A stretch of DNA of 32,000 nucleotides, from NCBI RefSeq assembly GCF_000253055.1, contig NC_016070.1, forward strand, positions 150,001 to 182,000. Reading direction: 5' to 3'. Positions 1 through 8,309 of this stretch are shown in pieces. The translations under genes and the position numbers were made by a program. Under the pieces are notes generated by a model. The model ran no database searches, had not been told where the DNA came from, and worked only from the letters and a program-made list of their open reading frames with translations. Position 1 is the first letter of the stretch. The number at the start of each line of letters is the position of its first letter. Source of the stretch: Thermoproteus tenax Kra 1. Its GTDB lineage: Archaea; Thermoproteota; Thermoprotei; Thermoproteales; Thermoproteaceae.

Positions 1-1038
1 CTCATAGTGAGGAACCCCGCTGTGTACAACGCCTCGACAGTGGCCTTAGTAACTGTGCAGAGGCCCGATGGACGCACGATACAGATAGGGCCTGTGGCCG
101 TTGACCGCCAGTTCCTCTCGTTGGGCCTCACACCGCAAGTTGCATCGCAAGTAGACAGCTTCTATCAGCAGAACTTCGGCCTAGCCTCAGCTGTGCCGGC
201 GGGCTCCTCGGCGGTTCCCTACTTCTTTTATACGATCGAAAATAATAAGCTCACTCCACTAAATGGTATTTATAAATTTACCATCAATATATATTCATTT
301 ACCAATAAACATTTAATAAATAAAAATGATATATCAATAGTCTTGGAGGGACAAGTGTACGGGCTGATGGGCACTGACTACCTGGGGCACGACCTATGGC
401 AAGGCCTCCTTGCGGGCTTTCCGATCGATCTCGCGGTCGGCCTCCTCACGGCGGCAATCGTTGTAACGTTGGCCATACTCGTGGGAGTCATCGCCGCATT
501 CTACGGAGGGTTCGTCGACGAGGTGCTGACGAGGATCACCGACTTCTTCATTCTCCTGCCCGCTTTCCCGCTCTTAATAGTGTTCTCCGTCCTCTTCCAG
601 TGGAGCATCTGGGACGCCGTGGTGTTCCTCGCCGCTGTGTCTTGGGGCGGCTCAGCCCGTATAATCAGGGCTATGATATTGCAGATCAAGAACTCGCCGT
701 TTATCGAAAGCGCTGTGGCGGCGGGAGCGGGTAAGCTTTGGGTGCTCCGCAACCACATATTGCCCATGGTCATGCCCTATACTCTCTACCTCTTTGTCGT
801 GAACGTGCCGGGAGGAATCTTGACGCTCTCGGCCATAAACTTCTTCAATCTGGCCGGCGCCGAGCTTCCCACGTGGGGCAACATACTGGCCTATGCGAAC
901 GAATACGGCGCTCTGACGTCGGGCTATTGGTGGTGGGTCGTGCCGCCGGGCCTGCTGATCACCTTCGTGGCAGTGACATTCATATTCGTGGCCATGGGCC
1001 TCGAGCCCGTGGTTAATCCAAGGCTCAGACACGCATAG
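1..1038 (+). CDS. Oligopeptide/dipeptide-type ABC transporter permease (DppC-like), 5' end truncated by window
   Basis: Frame open to the window start; multi-TM protein with 'GTDYLGHDLWQGLLAGFPIDLAVG' and 'ESAVAAGAGKLWVLRNHILPMVMP' (EAA-type loop) typical of DppC/OppC; directly followed by two DppD/DppF-like ATPases. Confidence 0.88.
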   Translation, partial: LIVRNPAVYNASTVALVTVQRPDGRTIQIGPVAVDRQFLSLGLTPQVASQVDSFYQQNFGLASAVPAGSSAVPYFFYTIENNKLTPLNGIYKFTINIYSFTNKHLINKNDISIVLEGQVYGLMGTDYLGHDLWQGLLAGFPIDLAVGLLTAAIVVTLAILVGVIAAFYGGFVDEVLTRITDFFILLPAFPLLIVFSVLFQWSIWDAVVFLAAVSWGGSARIIRAMILQIKNSPFIESAVAAGAGKLWVLRNHILPMVMPYTLYLFVVNVPGGILTLSAINFFNLAGAELPTWGNILAYANEYGALTSGYWWWVVPPGLLITFVAVTFIFVAMGLEPVVNPRLRHA

Positions 1039-1040
1039 CC

Positions 1041-2039
1041 ATGCCGCTCCTAGAGGTCAAAAACGCAAGGCTCTACTATCAGACGACCAAAGGGATACTC
1101 AGGGCGTTAGACGGCGTATCCTTCGAGTTGGGGGAAGGAGAGACGCTGGCCATAGTCGGCGAGACTGGCAGCGGCAAGTCGACGTTGGCCAAGCTGATAA
1201 CTAGGGTGTGGGAGAGGAACGTGGCTCTGGTCGACGGGGAGGTGTATCTTGAAAACGAGGAGATCCTCCACATGCCTGAAGAGAGGTTCAGAAAGGAGAT
1301 AAGGTGGCGCAAGGTAGCCATGGTGCCTCAAGCGTCTATGAATGCGCTCAACCCTGTGATTACCATCGGGGAGCAGATGGTGGAGCCCCTCGTGCTCCAA
1401 GGAGTGCCGAAACAAGAGGCCGTGCGCCTAGCCGCAGATTCGTTGGAGTCCGTAGGTCTCCCGAGGGACATCCTATCGAGATATCCTCACCAGCTCTCGG
1501 GCGGCATGAAGCAACGCGTGGTGATAGCCATGGCCATTATGGTGAGGCCGAAGTTGCTAATACTGGACGAGCCCACGTCGGCGCTCGACGTAATGACGCA
1601 AGCCAACATTATGAATCTCTTGAAGGAGCTCAAGAACAGGCTCAAGTTGAGCTACATCTTCATTACTCACGATCTGGCTCTGGCCAGCGAGCTCGCAGAC
1701 TCTGTGGCGGTAATGTACGCCGGCAAGATAGTGGAGATAGGAAGCGCGGACGACGTATACACAGCCCCGGCCCATCCGTATGCCCAAGGGCTGATGTCCA
1801 GTATGCCCACGCTGAGGACCGACAAGGCCCTCTCCTATATACCCGGCGAGGTGCCGAGCTTGATCGATCCGCCCAGAGGATGTCGCTTCCACCCGCGTTG
1901 TCCGTACTTCTCCAAGGAGCCTGGCCTCAGGGGGCTCTGCGACGCCGAGGAGCCGCCGCAGGCGGAGATATCGCCTTGGGCGCACCGCCGCCATCTGGCC
2001 GCATGTTGGCTCTATGGATATAAATCGAGCAGATCGTAG
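1041..2039 (+). CDS. Oligopeptide/dipeptide ABC transporter ATP-binding protein (DppD/OppD-like)
   Basis: Walker A GETGSGKST, signature LSGGMKQR, Walker B LLILDEPTSALD, C-terminal [11 protein letters not shown] motif of the Opp/Dpp ATPase family. Confidence 0.95.
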   Translation: MPLLEVKNARLYYQTTKGILRALDGVSFELGEGETLAIVGETGSGKSTLAKLITRVWERNVALVDGEVYLENEEILHMPEERFRKEIRWRKVAMVPQASMNALNPVITIGEQMVEPLVLQGVPKQEAVRLAADSLESVGLPRDILSRYPHQLSGGMKQRVVIAMAIMVRPKLLILDEPTSALDVMTQANIMNLLKELKNRLKLSYIFITHDLALASELADSVAVMYAGKIVEIGSADDVYTAPAHPYAQGLMSSMPTLRTDKALSYIPGEVPSLIDPPRGCRFHPRCPYFSKEPGLRGLCDAEEPPQAEISPWAHRRHLAACWLYGYKSSRS

Positions 2040-2043
2040 GGAT

Positions 2044-3066
2044 ATGGCCGCGAAGACGCTCGACGTACACGAGACGCCTTGGGTCCGCGGAGACGCGTTA
2101 GTGGTGGCCCATAGACTGAGGATGTGGTACTCCGTAAAGAAGGGCTTGTTCTCAAAGCCCGTCTACGTGAAGGCCGTTGACGACATCAGCTTAAGCGTAG
2201 ACAGAGGGGAGACTCTGGCGGTCGTTGGCGAATCCGGGAGCGGGAAGACCACGCTCGGCAGAACTCTGATCAGGCTTTTGAGGCCCACCGGGGGCGAGGT
2301 CTATTTCGATGGAAAAGACATAACCTACCAGCCCGAGGCGGAGCTGAGGAGTTGGTTCAGGAGAAGAGTATCTATAATATTCCAAGACCCCTACTCCAGC
2401 CTGCATCCGTACCACAGCATAGGCTTTATATTGGAGGAGCCGTTGATAATACACGGCGTGCCCAAGTCGGAGAGGATCGAAAGAGTTTATAGGGCTCTTG
2501 AGGAGGTGAAGCTCACTCCGCCGGACGACTTCATAAACAAATATCCCCACATGTTGTCGGGCGGCCAGAGGCAGCGTGTGGCCATAGCTAGGGCAATGAT
2601 ACTGAACCCCGAGTTCGTCGTAGCCGACGAGCCTGTGTCTATGCTCGACGTATCGGTGCGCGTGGAGATATTGAACTTGCTCAAGGACATGCAGCGTAAG
2701 TACAACGCAGCATTTCTCTATATCACCCACGATATATCTACAGCCAAGTATTTCAGCGACAATATAGCGATAATGTACGCAGGCAAGCTGGTGGAGTATG
2801 GGCCCTTCCGCTCAGTGATAAAGGAGCCTGCCCATCCGTACACTCAAGCGCTCATAGAGGCTATACCGGATCCAGACCCGAAGAACAGGCTGAGGCCGAG
2901 GAAGGTGGCCCCCGGCGAGCCGCCCAATTTGGCGAATCCGCCGCCCGGCTGCCGCTTCCATCCGCGCTGTCCCTTCGCGATGGAGATATGTAGGAGGGAG
3001 GAGCCGCCGATGGTGGAGGTGAGGCCCGGAGTCTACACGGCCTGTTGGCTTTACGTCAAACGGTAG
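2044..3066 (+). CDS. Oligopeptide/dipeptide ABC transporter ATP-binding protein (DppF/OppF-like)
   Basis: Walker [41 protein letters not shown]. Track ORF opens at 2014; in-frame ATG at 2044 lies after the upstream stop and is the likelier start. Confidence 0.93.
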   Translation: MAAKTLDVHETPWVRGDALVVAHRLRMWYSVKKGLFSKPVYVKAVDDISLSVDRGETLAVVGESGSGKTTLGRTLIRLLRPTGGEVYFDGKDITYQPEAELRSWFRRRVSIIFQDPYSSLHPYHSIGFILEEPLIIHGVPKSERIERVYRALEEVKLTPPDDFINKYPHMLSGGQRQRVAIARAMILNPEFVVADEPVSMLDVSVRVEILNLLKDMQRKYNAAFLYITHDISTAKYFSDNIAIMYAGKLVEYGPFRSVIKEPAHPYTQALIEAIPDPDPKNRLRPRKVAPGEPPNLANPPPGCRFHPRCPFAMEICRREEPPMVEVRPGVYTACWLYVKR

Positions 3067-3090
3067 CGCCTTTCGGCTCAACTTTATTTA

Positions 3091-3666
3091 ATGGTCGCGG
3101 ACTCTTGGATAGGCCCCCGCGTCAGATTCTCTTGTGCGCAGTGCGGCGAGTGTTGTAGACTCTACTGGGTCCCTGTGACTCACAGAGATATCGAGAGGAT
3201 ATCTCATAGGACTGGGCTGAGGCCCGCGGACTTCACGGCACCTATACCCAAGAGCGTCGTGGGCGAGTGGGGGCTCCCCTCCTTCCTTTTAGATGACGGC
3301 GAACATTATCTGATATTGAGAAAGAGGCTCGACGGATTTTGTGTGTTCATAAGCCCGGAGGAAGGCAAGTTCCGATGCGCTATCTATGACGCAAGGCCTC
3401 TGACTTGCCGCTTCTATCCCTTCGTCTATATCTCTGGGGAGCCCATTAGGTTCGAGCTTGCGGAGGACGCGCCGGCCCTCTGCCCCGGCATCGGGAGAGG
3501 CCCTACGGTCTCCTTCGGCTCAGTGGCCCGCTTCGCTGTACAGAGGGAGAAGGAATTGGAAGAATATAAAGCGTTGGTCAACCGATGGAATAGACTGGTG
3601 TTATCCGGAGCTGTGAGGCCCTCCTTCGAGGTATATCTGGACTTCCTGCTCAGCCCTCCCCCGTAG
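3091..3666 (+). CDS. YkgJ/UPF0153-like cysteine-cluster protein
   Basis: CAQCGECCRLYW ... CVFISPEEGKFRCAIYDARPLTCRFYPF motif. Confidence 0.8.
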   Translation: MVADSWIGPRVRFSCAQCGECCRLYWVPVTHRDIERISHRTGLRPADFTAPIPKSVVGEWGLPSFLLDDGEHYLILRKRLDGFCVFISPEEGKFRCAIYDARPLTCRFYPFVYISGEPIRFELAEDAPALCPGIGRGPTVSFGSVARFAVQREKELEEYKALVNRWNRLVLSGAVRPSFEVYLDFLLSPPP

Positions 3667-3824
3667 CGCCGGGCCCGCGCTTGGGTTATTCCGACCGGGC
3701 GCCTCGGCGGCGCCGCAGTAGGGGCCCAGCTGGGCCGCGTCCGTCTGCTGGCCCAGAGCCTAGCGAGAGACTAGTGCGCCTAGATGGCTGAAAAATTTTA
3801 AAAGGCAGTGTCTTCTTAGGCAAT

Positions 3825-3989
3825 ATGCCGTCCCACGGCAGTTTGACCAAGGCGGGCAAAGTGAGATCCCAGACCCCCAAGATACCCCCGAAGCCCAAGA
3901 GGAATCTGACGCCGAGGAGGAGGAACTCGAGGAACTACAGAAGGAGGATAGTCTACGCAGCCCAGTCCGCCGAGGCGGCGGCCGAGTAG
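3825..3989 (+). CDS. rps30e: Ribosomal protein S30e (FAU-like)
   Basis: Manual translation [54 protein letters not shown]; matches the archaeal/eukaryal S30e pattern. A/T-rich TATA-like aaaaattttaaaa ends ~22 nt upstream. Too short to appear in the supplied ORF track. Confidence 0.92.
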   Translation: MPSHGSLTKAGKVRSQTPKIPPKPKRNLTPRRRNSRNYRRRIVYAAQSAEAAAE

Positions 3990-3990
3990 C

Positions 3991-4758
3991 TTGAAGAAAG
4001 GAGACTGGCTTTTATTGATATCCGAGGACGGCTATAAACATGTAGTGAGGTATTCGGGCAGGAGAATAGAGACCATCAGAGGCTTTCTGGAGCCCTCAGA
4101 TCTGGAGGCCGCTAGATACGGAGATGTGCTGACGACGAGTTTGGGGCACAAACTCTATGTGTTGAGGCCGACGTTGTACGACATCATGCCCCACTTGAGA
4201 CACGCAACGCAGGTTATATATCCATTGGACGCCGAATTCATAGCGTTGGTGGCAGGCATAGGCCCCGGCTCAGTGGTGGTCGAGGCGGGCACAGGCTCGG
4301 GCCATCTGGCCGCGTTGCTCGCATGGCGCGTGGGCCCCCAAGGGGTCGTGTACACGTTCGAGAAGCGGCCCAACTTCGCCGAAATCGCGTGGGGCAATAT
4401 AAAGTCGTTGGGTCTCGAGGATAGAGTGGAGCTCGCGGTGGCCGACGTAGTTTCCCACGGCTTTGGCGTCAAAAACGCCGATGCGGCCGTCTTAGATATG
4501 GGGGACCCGTGGAACGCAGTAGGCGCTGCCTTGAGGGCGCTGAGGCGCGGAGGTGCGTTGGTCATATTCAGCACGACGGTAGACCACGCACAGAAGAGCT
4601 TGTCCGCTCTACGGAGGGCGGGGGTTTTAGACATAAATATGGCCGAACTCTCGGCGAGGTTCTGGAAGATCTCCGAGGGCGAGATGAGGCCTGAGACGAG
4701 GACTGTGTCGTTCACCGGCTTTGTAATATGGGGGAGATCGCCCGGCATCAAGCTTTAA
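3991..4758 (+). CDS. tRNA (adenine-N1)-methyltransferase, TrmI family (class I SAM)
   Basis: TTG start 2 nt after the S30e stop; 'YPLDAEFIALVAGIGPGSVVVEAGTGSGHLAALLAWRVGPQGVVYTFEKRPNFAEIAWGN' is the TrmI/Gcd14 SAM-binding signature. Confidence 0.85.
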   Translation: MKKGDWLLLISEDGYKHVVRYSGRRIETIRGFLEPSDLEAARYGDVLTTSLGHKLYVLRPTLYDIMPHLRHATQVIYPLDAEFIALVAGIGPGSVVVEAGTGSGHLAALLAWRVGPQGVVYTFEKRPNFAEIAWGNIKSLGLEDRVELAVADVVSHGFGVKNADAAVLDMGDPWNAVGAALRALRRGGALVIFSTTVDHAQKSLSALRRAGVLDINMAELSARFWKISEGEMRPETRTVSFTGFVIWGRSPGIKL

Positions 4759-4779
4759 ATTATTTGGCGGAATGTCGCC

Positions 4780-6243
4780 ATGCGCCCTATTAGGGAGCCC
4801 CGCCCTCATCCCAGGGAGAAATTGAAGGCGAACCTTATGGAGTGGTTCCACTGGCTTTTACGAGAGGCGGAGATATACGACATAAGATACCCTGTCAAAG
4901 GCGCCTTCGTCTGGATGCCGTACGGCATGAAGATAAGGCGGAACGTGGAGGCCTTGATCCGGCAGCTCCACGATTCCACCGGCCACCAGGAGGTGCTTTT
5001 CCCAGTCTTTATACCCTACGAGTTCTTCAGCAAGGAGTCGCAACACATCAGGGGGTTCGAGTCCGAGGTCTTCTGGGTCTCTAAGGGTGGAGAGGCCGGC
5101 GAAAGGCTGATATTGAGGCCGACGTCGGAGACGGCAATAATGCCCATGTTCAAACTGTGGATAAAGGATCACACAGATCTGCCCTTGGCCGTATATCAGA
5201 TCGTCAGCGTGTTCAGAGCTGAGACCAAGATGACGAACCCCATGATAAGGGTCAGAGAGATAAGCATGTTCAAGGAAGCCCATACTGCTCATGCGGACAG
5301 AGAGGACGCAGAGAGGCAGGTGAGGATGGCCGTGGAGATATATAAGAAGATCTTCGATGAGATGTGTATCCCTTACTTGATCTCCCGCCGGACTGAGTGG
5401 GACAAGTTCGCCGGCGCCGTCTACACTATTGCGTTCGACACCATACTGCCGGACGGGAGGACTCTCCAGATCGGGACTGTGCACTACCTCGGCACTAACT
5501 TCTCCAAGGTCTTCGAGGTGACATATCTTAAGCCGGACGGCGCCCACGAATTAGTCCATACAACCTCATACGGCATATCTGAAAGGAGCATAGCGGCCAT
5601 GCTCATAATCCACGGGGACGACGCCGGCACTACGATACCGCCCAAGCTTGCCCCCATACAAGTTGTCATAGTACCCATAGTTTACGGCGACGAGAGGAAG
5701 GCTGTGATGGATACTGCACAGTCCGTTGCCGACAAGCTGAGCGCTATCGGTCTGAGGGTCCACATAGACGCGAGGGAGGACAAGACGCCGGGCTGGAAGT
5801 TCTACTATTGGGAGTTGAAGGGAGTCCCTCTGAGGATCGAAATAGGCAAGAGAGACCTGGAACAGAGGTCGGTGGTTGTGACCAGGAGGGACACACTGGA
5901 GAAGTACTCCGTGGGGTTGGACGAGCTCGAGGAGGCCGTCAAGAGGATAATGGAGCAGATCACAGAGAACTTGAGGAAGACGGCGTGGGAGAGGCTCAGA
6001 TCCTCAGTCGTAGCCGCGGGCTCTATAGAGGAGGCGCGGAGAGCTCTAGGCGAGGGCAAAGTGGTCGAGGTGCCCTGGAGCGGCGACAACGACTGCGGGC
6101 TCAAAATATCCGAGATGTTGCGGGCAGACGCGCTGGGCACCCCCATGGATAAGGAGCCGGACATCGGCGGCTCCGACATGAGAGACTTGGCGTGTCCAGA
6201 GAAGAGGGCCAACTACTGGCTAAGGCTCTCTGAGCGCTACTAG
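4780..6243 (+). CDS. proS: Prolyl-tRNA synthetase (class II)
   Basis: Class II motifs incl. '[37 protein letters not shown]' and '[13 protein letters not shown]', C-terminal zinc/anticodon region, terminal Tyr. Confidence 0.96.
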   Translation: MRPIREPRPHPREKLKANLMEWFHWLLREAEIYDIRYPVKGAFVWMPYGMKIRRNVEALIRQLHDSTGHQEVLFPVFIPYEFFSKESQHIRGFESEVFWVSKGGEAGERLILRPTSETAIMPMFKLWIKDHTDLPLAVYQIVSVFRAETKMTNPMIRVREISMFKEAHTAHADREDAERQVRMAVEIYKKIFDEMCIPYLISRRTEWDKFAGAVYTIAFDTILPDGRTLQIGTVHYLGTNFSKVFEVTYLKPDGAHELVHTTSYGISERSIAAMLIIHGDDAGTTIPPKLAPIQVVIVPIVYGDERKAVMDTAQSVADKLSAIGLRVHIDAREDKTPGWKFYYWELKGVPLRIEIGKRDLEQRSVVVTRRDTLEKYSVGLDELEEAVKRIMEQITENLRKTAWERLRSSVVAAGSIEEARRALGEGKVVEVPWSGDNDCGLKISEMLRADALGTPMDKEPDIGGSDMRDLACPEKRANYWLRLSERY

Positions 6244-6278
6244 AAAAATTTATAAGGAGGGCGCTTTTGTAGGGGCGT

Positions 6279-6569
6279 ATGCCGAAGAAGAGAAAAAACC
6301 GAGGTAGACACAAGGGCGATAAGGGCCATGAGACCATGGTTCACTGCGACAACTGCGGCAAGTTGGTGCCTAGATCTAAGGCGGTCCGCGTGACAGTGCC
6401 CTATAGCCCAGTGCCGCCAGATCTAGCGAAAGAGCTAGAAAAGCAAGGCGCCATAATACCCAAGTACTTCATAACGAGGACATACTGCATAAACTGCGCA
6501 GTCTTCTTCGGTTTGATCAAGGTGAGGCCGAGAGAGGAGAGGAAAAAGAGGGCTGCGCTGGCCGCTTGA
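6279..6569 (+). CDS. rps26e: Ribosomal protein S26e
   Basis: MPKKRKNRGRHKGDKGHETMVHCDNCGKLVPRSKA... YCINCAVFFGLIKVR. Confidence 0.93.
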   Translation: MPKKRKNRGRHKGDKGHETMVHCDNCGKLVPRSKAVRVTVPYSPVPPDLAKELEKQGAIIPKYFITRTYCINCAVFFGLIKVRPREERKKRAALAA

Positions 6570-7057
6570 GCTTTTTGATAAAATCTGACACTGCTTGTTG
6601 GAGCGATTTCCCTCCCGCCCCCCTGGTCAGGGGCAGAGCCGACGTACTCCTCGACTTCGCTCTGGAGGCCATGAGGGCTGGGGCAAGGAGAGTATACTTG
6701 GTGTTCTGCGACGACGTAGTTGTCGAGGTGGACGAGATAAAGGCCCGTAGCGCTCGCGAGCTCGCCCTCGAGCTCCTCAACAAGAGGCGCTATAGAGGAT
6801 CGCTCAAGGACGTAGTTGAGGCGTGGAGAGGCCCAGTTTTCTATCTCCACGAGCGCGGGGTAGACATAGACCGCGCCGACATAGGCCCCGGCTCTCTAGT
6901 AGTGGTGGGCGATCAAGACGGCCTCTCCAGAGACGACGAAGAGTATCTGAGGACAAAAGCGACGTGGGTGTCCCTGGGTCCAGCGCCGTACCTCAGCTGG
7001 TTCTGTGCACCCTATGTGATGTTCAAAATAAAAAGGTCTTCCAGCAAGAGGGCGTGA
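6566..7057 (+). CDS. Uncharacterised protein with SPOUT/TrmY-like C-terminal motif
   Basis: 'GPGSLVVVGDQDGLSRDDEEYLRTKATWVSLGPAPYLSWFCAPYVM' resembles the knot region of TrmY/DUF358 methyltransferases; overlaps the S26e stop. Confidence 0.5.
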   Translation: MSFLIKSDTACWSDFPPAPLVRGRADVLLDFALEAMRAGARRVYLVFCDDVVVEVDEIKARSARELALELLNKRRYRGSLKDVVEAWRGPVFYLHERGVDIDRADIGPGSLVVVGDQDGLSRDDEEYLRTKATWVSLGPAPYLSWFCAPYVMFKIKRSSSKRA

Positions 7058-7614
7058 TCGAGAGGCTAAGGAAATACGTAAAACTGGAGGGGATAGGCCG
7101 CCGCGTGCCTCTGTCTGCAGACGTAGTAACGATGCTCTCCTTAGGCGTGGCCCTCGCCGGAGTCTATTTGACGTGGAAGGGCGCGCCCGGATGGATCTTT
7201 ATAGCAGCGGTGGGGATTCTGGACGCCATAGACGGGGCCGTGGCCCGCGCTAAGGGCACGGCGGGTAGGCGCGGCGCCCTCCTCGACTCCTCGTTGGACA
7301 GATACGCAGACGCGGCCATCCTGCTCTATTTTGCACAGTGGGCGCCTCTATGGGTCTTGTATGCAGCCCTCGTGGGCACCTTTTTGATAAGCTACGTGAG
7401 GGCGCGCGCGGAGTCCCTCGGGCTTGCCATGAGGGGCATCGGCTTAATGGAGAGGGGCGAGAGGATCATCTACTTGTTCGCGGCCTCTCTCCTGGGCTGG
7501 CTCACGCCCTCGATCATTGCGCCGGCCCTTTATGTCTATACAATCGTCGTAAATGCAGCGGCAGTCTACAGACTCGTAGCCGCCTACCGTATGCTGAAGT
7601 CAGACGGCCGTTAG
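7054..7614 (+). CDS. CDP-alcohol phosphatidyltransferase family protein (archaeal phospholipid synthase)
   Basis: DAIDGAVARAKGTAGRRGALLDSSLDRYAD matches the DG(x)2AR(x)8G(x)3D(x)3D motif; GTG start overlapping the upstream TGA is preferred over the track start at 6823. Confidence 0.85.
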   Translation: MIERLRKYVKLEGIGRRVPLSADVVTMLSLGVALAGVYLTWKGAPGWIFIAAVGILDAIDGAVARAKGTAGRRGALLDSSLDRYADAAILLYFAQWAPLWVLYAALVGTFLISYVRARAESLGLAMRGIGLMERGERIIYLFAASLLGWLTPSIIAPALYVYTIVVNAAAVYRLVAAYRMLKSDGR

Positions 7615-7639
7615 ATTTCCTCTGAGGCAAATAAATAAA

Positions 7640-8065
7640 TTGGTGAACTTTCGGCCTTCCGTGAGCATTGTGGCCAAGATTTCGCAGGGGAAAATAGTGG
7701 AGAAGAGGATCGTGGAGGGGAAGGTCTACGACGCAGTTAAGAGGGAGGGCGCGGCCCTGTTAAACAAGTGGAACCCCACCTCCTCGGACTTCATAATCCT
7801 TAGGGACTACGTCACATTGAGCTACAAAGCCCCGATCACTAAGGAGCTCCTGGAGAAGATACGGGAGTTCTCGCCGAAGAGGATCGGCGATAAGATCGAG
7901 GTGACGGTGCCTGTCTTCGAGGTTGTGTACAACAGTACCTGGACGGGCGACAACATGAAGATAGACGACGCCGTGGTCGTCGCGCCGCACATAGACGACG
8001 AGTCGGACCAGAGGATTCTGGACTCCGTGGCGAGGGAATTCGCCGAGGCGGAGGAGATGGAATGA
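7640..8065 (+). CDS. Conserved-looking hypothetical protein
   Basis: 141-aa ORF with host-like codon usage, in the same direction as its neighbours; no recognised motif. Confidence 0.7.
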   Translation: MVNFRPSVSIVAKISQGKIVEKRIVEGKVYDAVKREGAALLNKWNPTSSDFIILRDYVTLSYKAPITKELLEKIREFSPKRIGDKIEVTVPVFEVVYNSTWTGDNMKIDDAVVVAPHIDDESDQRILDSVAREFAEAEEME

Positions 8066-8076
8066 CCGCGCTCTCC

Positions 8077-8305
8077 GCCCTAAAGGGCGGGGGCCTCACT
8101 GCGGGGATCTCGCCCGTTGCCCGGGGTTAATGGGCCGCGGCGGAGCGGGCATTGCGGCGTCCCCCCGCCAGGGCCGTCCCTCGTTGAAGTTCGCCCCCCG
8201 CGCGGCGGCCGCCGCGGCCCCCTCCCTCTCTGCGTCTTCACCTGCTCTGCCCTGAAAAAATATAAAATCCATCCCCACCTAAAGGGCGAGGCTTTCTGTC
8301 GTAAG
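8077..8305. mobile_element. Probable IS200/IS605 (TnpB-type) element remnant(s)/end sequences
   Basis: Two 'CTAAAGGGCG' end-like hairpin motifs: gccctaaagggcggggg at 8077-8093 and ctaaagggcgaggctttctgtcgtaag at 8279-8305. The latter matches 24417-24442 (reverse complement) at 25/26. The minus-strand ORF between them (8096-8278) looks like a degraded basic/Pro-rich C-terminus. Confidence 0.5.
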
Positions 8306-8309
8306 CCTC

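Noticed and set aside
1107-2730. Long antisense/overlapping ORFs within the two Opp/Dpp ATPase genes (e.g. 1304-2023 +, 2191-2730 -)
   Set aside because: Typical shadow ORFs in GC-rich archaeal coding DNA; Arg/Ala/Gly/His-rich translations without motifs, while the overlapping frame is a clear ABC ATPase.
3667-3789. RNase P RNA, SRP RNA or tRNA in the S30e upstream spacer
   Set aside because: No recognisable conserved RNase P (CR-I/CR-V), SRP helix-8 or TPsiC-loop sequence; retained only as a generic structured-spacer finding.
4155-5547. Antisense ORFs of 198 aa and 229 aa over trmI and proS
   Set aside because: Fully overlapped by well-supported genes on the opposite strand; no plausible promoter or domain.
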